DNA of 63,385 bases, counting the filler, from Octopus bimaculoides (taxonomy: Eukaryota): NCBI RefSeq assembly GCF_001194135.2. It is 5 parts of 4 records of this genome, joined end to end, with 100 filler letters (N's around TTAATTAATTAA, not from the genome) between each part and the next. Parts side by side here need not be neighbours in the genome. Positions count along the whole stretch, not along the records: positions 29,406 to 42,417 come from NC_068996.1; positions 42,518 to 57,941 come from NC_068981.1; 3 more parts are not named here. The stretch is one strand, 5' to 3'. Below, piece by piece: positions 41,411 to 51,526 of this stretch (position 1 is the first letter of the stretch; every line of letters starts with the position of its first letter). A model generated the notes under the pieces. The model was not told where the DNA came from and did not search any database. It saw only the letters and a list, made by a program, of their open reading frames with translations. Made by a program: the position numbers and the translations under genes.

Positions 41411-41672
41411 CAATGTTTTTCAACCATTTTTTTTTTTACCTATGGACTCCTTTGATCCCTATTTCATTCAGTTGGACCTCCATAGCCATTCCCTATTTAG
41501 AAAAATCCCATTATATTTTTAGAATGAAATATTATTAGGAATTGTATTAAAAAAAACTGTTAAAATATTTTGTGTATTATAGGAGTACAACCAATTTATA
41601 GTACATAAATTTTAACAACAAAATCTTAAATGGACCACCAAGGGCCATATTGGGTCTGGTTGAGAACCACTG
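41411..41672. mobile_element. hAT-type MITE (262 bp)
   Basis: TIRs caatgtttttcaacc / ggttgagaaccactg and an 8-bp TSD ctttagat (41403-41410) / atttagat (41673-41680). Confidence 0.8.
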
Positions 41673-42035
41673 ATTTAGATGGTACATTAAATAATCAGTC
41701 ACAGCATCGTGCTGGCAGTGCGGTGAATGGCATTATGTCAAGTAGTGGCCCTACAAAACGGCACAAGTGCTCAGTTTTCAGCAACAGACAATCCAAAAAA
41801 GACATAGCCATCATGTCTTCCAGGAGAACTACGGCAGCTTTATCAACAGTAAGGCACATTATCAATTGTTGATAATTGTCTCCTGTTTGCTGATAGAGTC
41901 GTCCTTCTTACAGGTTATGCAAAAGAATTTTGACACGATTAACCAAGTATCGGTGACTTTTGCCTTAGGTGATAACATTAAAAGGGGTTACCTCCCTTTG
42001 AATTTATCTTGACGCACAATCAGCTCTTTTGTATA

Positions 42036-42417
42036 TCTATACTATAAAAGGCAAATCTACTCTGTGTGTGTGTATGTTTAAAATTCATACATTTACAAAA
42101 TTCAAAATTTCTTCGATTAAACAATCACAATTAATATTCTAAATACAATAAGTTAGGTCACTGCGTCATTTTTTCACTCCAAAAATTTCCTAATAATCAA
42201 TAAAATCCGTAAAACTACAGGAGTAAACATTTTCTCCCTAATAAAATCTAATTTCCTCTTTCTAATACAAATCCTTTACGAAAAATCCAACAACAAATAC
42301 AAAAAGAAAGGAAGGAGAAAAAGAAAATTATCAAAACTGAAACACACATTTCGATACTGTAATGACTGATACATACAAAATTACTTTGCCCCTCTAAAAT
42401 TAACTATTTCTATTCCT
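42036..42417 (+). mobile_element. possible non-autonomous Helitron 5' part
   Basis: A|TCTATACTATAAAAGGC start resembles Helitron 5' termini; the 3' end is lost in the gap. Confidence 0.35.
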
Positions 42418-42541
42418 NNNNNNNNNNNNNNNNNNNNNNNNNNNNNNNNNNNNNNNNNNNNTTAATTAATTAANNNNNNNNNNNNNNNNNNNNNNNNNNN
42501 NNNNNNNNNNNNNNNNNTATATATATATACATTCTCATCTT

Positions 42542-42578
<37 letters not shown>

Positions 42579-42979
42579 GTGTGTGTGTGTGTGCGTAAGT
42601 ATGTATGTTATGTGTGTGTGTGTGTCTGTTTATAATAGATAACTAATTCATCGATTTTATCCAATGGGATTTTGCTATGATTAGGTAGCATCAGTTTGGT
42701 ACCATAACTACGACCATTTTTCTTCTCTCTCTCTCTCTCTCTCACACACACGCACACGCACTCTTACTGTTTCACATACGCTCTATATTCTTTAATTTTT
42801 TTTGCTACGTTTTTGTTTTCCTCGAATTACCTGTCCCCTTTTCCTCCACCACACCATATTCTGTCCTTACTTGCTTGTCTGTCTGTCCGTCTGCCTGTCT
42901 GTCTCTCTGTATCTCTCTCGGTCACTCTCTCCTTTTCTCTTTCTTCTGCATTATTCCTCTCTGTAATGCATACATATCT

Positions 42980-43045
<66 letters not shown>

Positions 43046-43797
43046 CACAGGTGTGTGTGTGTGTAATTGTATAGTTTATATATACAAACACACGCACATA
43101 GTACACACACATACACACACACACAAACACACACACATCTGTATCTTCAATGTTAACCATCCCATCTCCCCCCACGCGCGCGCACACACACACACACACA
43201 CAACCGATTTTAAAAATGCTAGAAGATTCGCAAAACTATTGTAGCATTTTGTTCATTAATTCTTGCTATCCACGTCTGAATGTAATCAGATACACACAGA
43301 CATTGAAAGTTCCTGACACAACATCTACTAAACAGACAAGTCTTTGAAATGACATGGCAACTGTGTTGGTGCCATTCTTTAGAGATCTTCGACAGATATC
43401 TTCAAAATACGAGACATCAACATTTTTTTTGTTTTTTGTTTTTTTTCTCTATTTGTCTTACATATTGGTTTCTTGTTTGGATACAAAAATGTGATCCTTT
43501 AACGAATAAAACAAGGATCCAGAGGAGAAGGAGAGGAAGGAATTCAGAAAGTTGTTGGTGATGAATGATAACTCGTCCATTGGATAGGGCGCTAGACTAC
43601 CGTAGAAAAAACTCTCTCAAAAAGCTTAGCATTTTCTTTTCACAATCAAAGGGCATAAAAATGACCTGTTCAGCGATTATGAATTTATAAACACACGGTC
43701 AAGATTTGAGCTGGTATTTGAACCAACTGGTGTTATATGATTACCTCAGCCACCACCACCACCATCACCACCACCTCCATCATCATCACCATCATCA

Positions 43798-43831
<34 letters not shown>

Positions 43832-44349
43832 TATCATCATCATCTTTATTAAGGCAGAATCGTTAGCACATCGGGCAAAAATGCTTTGCGGCATTTCGCC
43901 CGTCTTTACGTCCTGGGTTCAAATTCCGCCGACTTCGTTTTTCATCCTTTCGGGGTCGCTTTATGGGGGTGTATCTTGGACTAAAGTGCTTTTTTTTTTG
44001 TTTTTTTAAGATGATGGGGATGTTATTGAAAAGGAATCTAGCTGCTGTTTCTAGTAGATTTAATGACCGCGTGGAAACTGTATTCTGTACATGGTGTTGT
44101 TGTTTTAGCCCCAGATCAATCTTTATCATGCAAACTTATGTTCAAAGGCATTCCAAACGTGACCATCTTGTTTTTAAGGTCATCATAGGCTACATTATCT
44201 AATATAACATTTTTACTTCGTATGATCTTGAGGGAGATTTCGCTACTGTTTCTAGCAAATCTTTTTTGTTCCCTGATACAGAGTTGAACCAAGGAAACTG
44301 TACTGTTGCTCCTCCCCACATTCAAATAGTAATAATAATGATAATAATT

Positions 44350-44756
44350 CTGCTCAATACCACGAATTTGCTTGTCAGTTGTTTGACCTCAACCAGTCGA
44401 GCATGTCCCTTAGTGGCTGACGATGTGCGCATGTCTGACCACATCGCAGCCATGTGTTGAGAGGAATTCTTTGGGGTTTGAATAATCCACCTCTGGAAAA
44501 ATGGATGTTTTGTTCATCATCCTTAATCAAACCTTATTCAGAGACCTTTTGAACGGGATGGCTACTCTACCTGAAGAAAATTCTAACTGGACCCCCACCC
44601 GCGAGGTCATGCGCTGTTTATCTTGATATGAGGTCACCATGTCGCGCACATGTGGTTGTGATGCATGTGCCTGATGTACCCTTACCAGACGGGTAGTCAT
44701 GATGGGTATATTTTTACCCCATTGTCACATTGATGACATGCGCTACTCTCTCGCTC

Positions 44757-44757
<1 letters not shown>
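44350..44757 (+). mobile_element. repeat family D copy
   Basis: Collinear with 21790-22395 and 48675-49097; ends ctcgctc(aat)n. Confidence 0.82.
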
Positions 44758-44802
<45 letters not shown>

Positions 44803-44815
44803 GTAATTGTTGTTG

Positions 44816-44883
<68 letters not shown>

Positions 44884-44900
44884 ACAATAATATGATGTTA

Positions 44901-45165
44901 TTATTTTCATTATCATCTTCTTTTGATTCTGTTTCCATTTCTTGCCGAGTGTCTTCCTGACACCTAGGGCAGAGAAACGAACTGTATACATTGGTAAGGC
45001 TATTAAAATAAACACACCAGATTGTTCATTTACAAAGTCATACGATAAATCTGACGTGTTTATTTTAATAGTCTTACCAATGTATACAGTTCGTTTCTCT
45101 GTCCTAGGTGTCAGGAAGATACTCGACAAGAAATGGAAATAGGCTTGAAAGAAGATGATAATGAA

Positions 45166-45170
<5 letters not shown>
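44901..45170. repeat. fold-back inverted repeat, 123-bp arms, 24-nt loop
   Basis: 44901-45023 is the near reverse complement of 45048-45170; flanked by (ATT)n on the left and (AAT)n on the right. Confidence 0.92.
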
Positions 45171-45208
<38 letters not shown>

Positions 45209-45810
45209 TCATCAACAGCAACACCCAGAACGAATGAGACTTATATATTTAGGCAAAAAAATTCAATATTCCTTTGTTGTCGCTATATGAGTGATACCCG
45301 TATCTAATTCGAGAACACGCTGATAAGTCTGTTCTGGTTTGTATGCCATGGGAAAAGACGTGCGGAAAACGAATTTAATTAATCTTATGATGTGTGTTTC
45401 TGTGCCTGTGTGTTCGTGGGCATCTGTGTGTTCGCGAATGTGTATGTATTTGTGTAGTAAAAGTCACATACTAATTTATTTCAAGCCATTTCAAGTAATT
45501 TTTCTTCATGTGAGAATGTCTAAAGAATTTGTCTAGTTTTTACGACTTGTATGAAACAAATCATCTTGTAAGAAGAAGGTTGGTTCAAATAGCGTAATTG
45601 TTTTAATTCTCAAACGTTAAAAGGTTTCAGTGTAACAACGCCTTCTTCAATTCCCTGTAGAGAGATATCCATATTTTGAGAGTCTTGTCTTTACATTCCT
45701 GGACTTCTTTCTATTAGTCAACCACTGAGAACTGACATTTTCGCACACGCACACAAACACATACACACATACATATATACACGCATGTAAGCACATATAT
45801 ACTATAAGTA

Positions 45811-45847
<37 letters not shown>

Positions 45848-46488
45848 NNNNNNNNNNNNNNNNNNNNNNNNNNNNNNNNNNNNNNNNNNNNNNNNNNNNN
45901 NNNNNNNNNNNNNNNNNNNNNNNNNNNNNNNNNNNNNNNNNNNNNNNNNNNNNNNNNNNNNNNNNNNNNNNNNNNNNNNNNNNNNNNNNNNNNNNNNNNN
46001 NNNNNNNNNNNNNNNNNNNNNNNNNNNNNNNNNNNNNNNNNNNNNNNNNNNNNNNNNNNNNNNNNNNNNNNNNNNNNNNNNNNNNNNNNNNNNNNNNNNN
46101 NNNNNNNNNNNNNNNNNNNNNNNNNNNNNNNNNNNNNNNNNNNNNNNNNNNNNNNNNNNNNNNNNNNNNNNNNNNNNNNNNNNNNNNNNNNNNNNNNNNN
46201 NNNNNNNNNNNNNNNNNNNNNNNNNNNNNNNNNNNNNNNNNNNNNNNNNNNNNNNNNNNNNNNNNNNNNNNNNNNNNNNNNNNNNNNNNNNNNNNNNNNN
46301 NNNNNNNNNNNNNNNNNNNNNNNNNNNNNNNNNNNNNNNNNNNNNNNNNNNNNNNNNNNNNNNNNNNNNNNNNNNNNNNNNNNNNNNNNNNNNNNNNNNN
46401 NNNNNNNNNNNNNNNNNNNNNNNNNNNNNNNNNNNNNNNNNNNNNNNNNNNNNNNNNNNNNNNNNNNNNNNNNNNNNNNNNNNNNATA

Positions 46489-46737
46489 CAGTGTACATTT
46501 AAACACATCAGAGATGTCCATAATAGGACATCTAACCTGCTAGGAGGAGCAGTCAAAACTCCACACCACAATTAGGGTTAATTTCGAAAGGGAATGATAA
46601 ATAAAAACATTTACCATCTATTTATTTTTCATTCCCTTTCGAAATTATCCCTAATTGTGGTGTGGAGTTTTGACTGCTTCTTCTAGCGGGTTAGATGTCC
46701 TATTATGGACATCTCTGATGTGTTTAAATGTACACTG
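46489..46737. mobile_element. Tc1/mariner-type MITE, almost fully palindromic (249 bp)
   Basis: TA|CAGTG...CACTG|TA; ~117-bp arms with about 5 mismatches and a ~15-nt loop. Confidence 0.9.
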
Positions 46738-46869
46738 TATTTAAATGAATAATATATAGTCTATTGACTAATTTTTTCTTCTCGTTGGACCACTGGTAAC
46801 AAAGAGAATTTCTAAAATTTTTTTGCTACCCTGAGATATATCTACGCATACACACACTTATATATATAC

Positions 46870-47042
46870 GTAGATATTATATATACATATATTATATATT
46901 ATATATTATATATTATATACATATATTATATATTATATATTATATATTATATATTATATTATATATACATATATTATATATTATATATTATATATTATAT
47001 ACATATATTATATATTATATATTATATACATATATTATATAT
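46870..47042. repeat. AT-only tandem repeat (atatatt-type units)
   Basis: Directly visible; ends ~40 bp before the T-box exon acceptor. Confidence 0.9.
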
Positions 47043-47081
47043 TTTTACGTGTTTTTCATTGTGGTAATTTTTCTGTTCTAG

Positions 47082-47240
47082 ATAATTTTGAATTCAATGC
47101 AAAAATACCAGCCTCGTTTTCACGTGATATATGAAGACCCCAAGAAAGACGAAAACAAATATCCCGAGACACAGAATTTCAGAGCGTTTATATTTCCTGA
47201 GACCAAGTTCATGGCTGTAACTGCCTACCAAAACCATCGG
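47082..47240 (+). CDS. tbx1: T-box transcription factor (Tbx1/10 class), internal exon, T-box C-terminal half
   Basis: Acceptor ttctgttctag at 47071-47081 and donor gtaag at 47241. 159 bp = 53 codons [53 protein letters not shown], recognisably like Tbx1 [23 protein letters not shown]...AVTAYQNHR. Phase 0 at both ends. Confidence 0.96.
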
Positions 47241-47295
47241 GTAAGAACCAAAAGACTCCAAGTTGGCTTTTAGTCGTATGTCTCGGTGGCTGTGG

Positions 47296-47391
47296 ATTTT
47301 CGTTGCTTTGAAACCGCGACCTGTCCACTGTCAGAATTTTGTGCTCGGAATTTTGTCAGTGAACAGGTCACGGTCTCAAAGCGACGAAAAT
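47296..47391. repeat. intronic inverted repeat, 43-bp arms
   Basis: attttcgttgctttgaaaccgcgacctgtccactgtcagaatt versus the reverse complement of 47349-47391: 37/43 identical. Confidence 0.9.
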
Positions 47392-47537
47392 ATTTTGACA
47401 AATTAAATTTAAATATTGAAGCGAATCTAACGGTTTTTGCGTGTTTTTAAATGACTTATAAACACTTTCCATGCTGCAATTTATAAAAATTTTGTTATTG
47501 ATAGATGATGTAAACTAATACATTTGTTCTTTGACAG

Positions 47538-47605
47538 ATAACCCAATTAAAAATTGCCAGCAACCCATTTGCTAAAGGATTCCGAGACTGTGACCCAAAC
47601 GACTC
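47538..47605 (+). CDS. tbx1: Tbx1/10 exon, end of T-box
   Basis: Acceptor ttctttgacag, donor gtaag at 47606. Encodes ITQLKIASNPFAKGFRDCDPND plus 2 nt; KIASNPFAKGFRDCDP is typical of the Tbx1 subfamily. Confidence 0.96.
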
Positions 47606-47884
47606 GTAAGTATTTATTGAAATGACTATCGACATTTTTTAGGAGTAAAATATGAAAATATGTGTTAAGAGGCGTATTTGTGTATTTGGTAAAACTAATC
47701 TTTCTCTTTCTTCCCTTCTCTCTCTATCAAGCTATTTCATCTATCTTACCTATCTACCTATCTATCTACCTACCTACCTACACATCCATTTACCTGTCTG
47801 TCTATCTACCTACTTTTGTTGCTTGTTCTATCAGTCATCCTCTTTCTCTTACATATATGTTGCATGCATACATACATATAAGTG

Positions 47885-48042
47885 CAGACGTGGTTGTGCG
47901 GTAAGAAGCTCGTTTCCCAACCACATGGTTCCGGGTTCAGTCCCACTGCGTTGCACCTTGGGCAAGTGTCTTCTACTCTAACCTTGGGCCGCCCAAAGCC
48001 TTGTGAGTGGATTTAGCAGACGGAAACTTAAAGAAGCTCATT
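47885..48042 (+). mobile_element. tRNA-derived SINE family C
   Basis: tggttgtgcggtaag...ccgggttcagtccc...cttgggcaagtgtcttctact; another copy lies at 56245-56385. Confidence 0.82.
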
Positions 48043-48047
48043 ATATA

Positions 48048-48262
48048 CGAAGCGGGTGCTGAAAAGTTCCTGGCTTTAAGGGTATCGTGAAAGGCCTGGT
48101 TGGAGGCCCAACATTTCGAGTTCTTTTACAGGGCTTAGAAAGACTGAAGGACCACTGCAATAAGTGTGCGAATCTGAGAGGAGAATATGTTGAATAAAAT
48201 CATAATTAACAGATCCTCCTGTATTTTCTTTTACCTAAAGCCAGGAACTTTTCAGCACCTCG
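48048..48262 (+). mobile_element. mariner-derived MITE
   Basis: TIRs ggtgctgaaaagttcctggcttta at both ends; retains the transposase C-terminus-like GLERLKDHCNKCANLRGEYVE*. Confidence 0.82.
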
Positions 48263-48289
48263 TGTATATGTGTGTGTGTGTGTATGTTC

Positions 48290-48440
48290 TCAACTACCGT
48301 TTAACTTAGCGGTCGGCAACAGAAAGGACCGATAGAAGTACCAGGCTTTAAAATAAATTAGTATTGGTGTCGATTCACTGGAGTAAAAATTCTTCAAAGT
48401 GGTGCCCCAGCATGGCTGCAGTCATAACTGAAACAAATAA
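48290..48440 (+). mobile_element. SINE family B copy
   Basis: ttagcggtcggcaacagaaaggaccgatagaagtaccaggctt...ggtgccccagcatggctgcagtc. Confidence 0.7.
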
Positions 48441-48523
48441 AAAAAATATAATACACATATATATGTATGTGGGTGTGCGCGCGAGCGTGTTGACTATATA
48501 GATGGATAGGTAAACAGACGACC

Positions 48524-48609
48524 TCGGCGGAATTTGAACTCGGAACGTGGCGACAGAAAAATACCGCTAAGCATTTCACCCGGCGTGCTAACGATTCTGC
48601 CAGCTCGCT
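48524..48609 (-). mobile_element. SINE family A 5' half
   Basis: gacctcggcggaatttgaactc...aataccgctaagcatt...gctcgc. Confidence 0.8.
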
Positions 48610-48654
48610 GTCTTTATAATAATAACAATAACAACATCAACAACAACAACAAAA

Positions 48655-49097
48655 AGATGGGCTACAGTAAATATTCTGCTCAATACCACAGATTCTTTTT
48701 GTCATTTATTTGGCCTTACCCAGTTGAGCATGTCCCTTAGTGGCTGACGATATGTGCATCTCTGATCACAAGTAGGAGTAGTGGGGGAGCATCATGCCAT
48801 GTTTTGAGAGGAATTCTTTGGAGTTTGAATAATTCATTTCCGGAAACATGGATATTTCGTTCAACATCCTTAAACAACCCTTATTCAGGGACCTTTTCAG
48901 AGGGATGGGCTACTGTATCTGAAGAAAATTCTAATTGGGCCCCATCTACAAGGTCATGTGCTGTTTATCTTGACACATATGGTTGTGATGTATGTGCGTG
49001 GCATACTCATCAGACGGGTAGTCATGGTCGGTATACTAGGTCTCGTATATTTGTACTCCAGTGTCACTTTGATGGCATGCACTGCTCTCTCACTCAA
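48655..49097 (+). mobile_element. repeat family D copy
   Basis: Collinear with the other D copies; ends ctcactc(aat)n. Confidence 0.85.
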
Positions 49098-49117
49098 TAA
49101 TAATAATAATAGGAATG

Positions 49118-49430
49118 ATAGCAAAAGGGGCTGAATCCTACCTAGCTCAGATACCAGGAAACCCCCAAAATGGCAGAAATTCAAAAGATAGTGCACATGG
49201 GAACTGACCATATCCTACGTAAAATACTGTCAATGCAATCTCAAATTTTAAAACAAACTTATGATTTTCTCTAGAACAATACTTTGTGCAAAAACAAAAA
49301 TATGACACCCTAGGCATAACACCAACATGAAATTCTAACTTGTTGTCTCTTGAAGTCTCTGGGTAAGACTTGGAGTCAACTTGTACAAATACAAAGCAAG
49401 AGTCAAGCATATTATTAAAATTATAATTAT
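49118..49430 (+). mobile_element. R4/Dong-like LINE 3' end, same subfamily as 18486-20335
   Basis: KMAEIQKIVHMGTDHILRKIL, then a UTR (atctcaaattttaaaacaaactta...gacaccctaggcataacaccaac) matching 20211-20330. Confidence 0.85.
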
Positions 49431-49452
49431 GATAAATATATTGCTTTTTCAG

Positions 49453-49550
49453 AGTTGTTGAAGTGTTGAACAATATAACAACAGGGAACAGGAAACGAAA
49501 TCATCACAGACCAAGTTCTCTCTCCTTAAAATTATTCAAAGAAGATAAAG
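49453..49550 (+). CDS. tbx1: Tbx1/10 post-T-box exon
   Basis: Acceptor ttgctttttcag, donor ag|gtatat at 49551. 98 bp, starts in phase 2 (matches previous exon) and ends in phase 1 (matches next). Encodes (S)VVEVLNNITTGNRKRNHHRPSSLSLKLFKEDK. Found by phase compatibility, not homology. Confidence 0.78.
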
Positions 49551-50032
49551 GTATATATTCTAATTATACATGTAACGAAAGACAAAATTATCTCATTGTG
49601 TGTTTGTCCTACTGGGCGTATCTTGTTTCGCTTGAGTTAATTGCGTGACAGTTGATTATTATAATTGATGTCAATATATACATAATGAGAATATATTCAT
49701 TACGTTGTTGTTCTTAATCTGTTATTGATTGCAAAGCAGAGGGACAACGGTGACAATACTCTTCGAATCGAGACTATGTCGTCAATATGATTCTGTCTCG
49801 CACTCATGGTTTAGGTGATTGGTTCCCAACCATTTTTTACCTATGAATTCCTTTCACTGCTACTTTACTCTGGTCAACCCTCATTGTCATTCAGTACATA
49901 AAAACTAATTTTATAGGGGCTTCTTTCAAAATTGCGATTTTGTTTTTCCCATACTCACTTGTCGGAAGTTGAACTATGTTAAAACGTAAGAGAAAGAAAC
50001 CCAGCTGCTGCAATAAACACATCTTTCATCTT

Positions 50033-50210
50033 TTGTCTCTTGCCCGTTTCAGTCATTGGACCGTGGCCATGCTGGGGCACCGCCTTGAAGAATTTTTAGT
50101 CGAATGAACCAATACTAGTATAACTTAGTTTTAAAGTCTGGTTCTTATTCTATCGGTCTCTTTTACTGAACCGCTATTTTACAGGGACGTAAACGCATCA
50201 ACACTGGTTT
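50033..50210 (-). mobile_element. SINE family B copy
   Basis: Reverse complement of the 32521-32700 body. Confidence 0.8.
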
Positions 50211-50928
50211 CCTAAGATTTTATATTTCAGGCGATTCAAGAATTTCTTTATTTACATCATTTGATGTTGCTCCAGCAGAGACAGAACCGTTGTATTTTCG
50301 ATTAACTAAATAAACAGCAACATTTTTTTTTTCATATAAATCGTGTAACAATTCTGGATCCTTTGAAAGTGAATAATTTAAAATATAGAACTTAATCTTA
50401 AAATAAAGCTTTTTAAATCCTTCCACAGAAACATGTGAAATTCTCTCGTAGTAATTAATTATTGCAGTCTTATGTGTTTTTAAGTGGGAAGAAATTTTAC
50501 CTTTCCGTATTAACACTACCTTTGTTGCTTTAATCAATTTTTGATGAGCTCACTGGCTTTTAGCGACACCAGTGACTGATTGGGCTCTGTGATTCTATGC
50601 ACATTACTAGCTGTATGCTTACAGCAATTTACAGCAGTCGGGTAGCTACCATTGACAAGGCCACAGAAGGTCGACATCTCGTGATCATGGCAGATCTTGG
50701 TAGCGGGGATGGCCGTGATTTTCTCCTGCTAGCGGTGTAAACAACGGTGTTCATATGCATCACAAAACCATACATAGTAAATTTCGAGTATTGTGTGTTC
50801 TAAGATGGCATCCACTTTTTAAGTGGTGATAAATTTTACATTTTGCTTTTAATACTGCTTCTGTCGCTTTATTTTTTAACGTACTCGTACTTTTATTTAT
50901 AGCAATTCTATTTTATTTGTATTTTCAG

Positions 50929-51245
50929 ACTATTTTGAAAAAGAACCTAGTAATGCACAGTTGTCACGTGTTATAAGTCCAAATTTATCAGGAGGAATAA
51001 ATTTGCCGCTTTCTCGTGGTGTGGAGCCACCACGAACCCCACAAGGATACTCGGACGGTTACAGCTACAATCCTTACAGTCCAGCCTCGTATATGCCACC
51101 AGCCAAAGTCAGACCAAGTCCTTATGCTCGAGAAATGGATTATGCTTCATACCACTCGCGGGTCAAAGGCTTTTACTCACGTGCAAACACATTCAGGACA
51201 CAAATGCGTGATCCAATGACGTGGAGTACACAGCCAATGACGTGA
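50929..51245 (+). CDS. tbx1: Tbx1/10 terminal coding exon
   Basis: Acceptor tttgtattttcag in phase 1, open to TGA at 51243-51245. (D)YFEKEPSNAQLSRVISP...YNPYSPASYMPPAKVRPSPYAREMDY...PMT*. Pro/Ser/Tyr-rich; KVRPSPY resembles KSRPAPY in the vertebrate TBX1 tail. Confidence 0.8.
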
Positions 51246-51287
51246 AGTACACATCTAATGACGTGGAGTACACAGCTGATGATGTGA
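51216..51287 (+). repeat. 3.4 x 21-bp tandem repeat overlapping the tbx1 stop codon
   Basis: atgacgtggagtacacagcca / atgacgtgaagtacacatcta / atgacgtggagtacacagctg / atgatgtga. Confidence 0.92.
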
Positions 51288-51490
51288 GCGAGATGGTTCT
51301 TTTCTATCACTCACAAGTCATAGTCTACACGCACACACACACACACACACTCACACACACNNNNNNNNNNNNNNNNNNNNNNNNNNNNNNNNNNNNNNNN
51401 NNNNNNNNNNNNNNNNNNNNNNNNNNNNNNNNNNNNNNNNNNNNNNNNNNNNNNNNNNNNNNNNNNNNNNNNNNNNNNNNNNNNNNNNNN

Positions 51491-51526
<36 letters not shown>

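Noticed and set aside
44942-45142. VYIGK(T/A) read in both arms of the fold-back as a GIY-YIG motif
   Set aside because: Only 5 residues match, with no upstream GIY/VVY or downstream Arg/Glu context; the mirror ORFs result from the palindrome.
48990-49025. CTGATGAG plus hairpin on the minus strand of family D as a hammerhead
   Set aside because: No GAAA after the stem, and the other two D copies lack CTGATGA.
50220-50537. 105-aa minus-strand ORF
   Set aside because: AT-rich, no recognisable domain, antisense within a tbx1 intron.
50903-50928. Direct splice from 47605 to an upstream AG at 50902 (in frame)
   Set aside because: It would translate a polypyrimidine tract (NSILFVFS); the 49453-49550 exon fits the phases with better sites. 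Not formally excluded.
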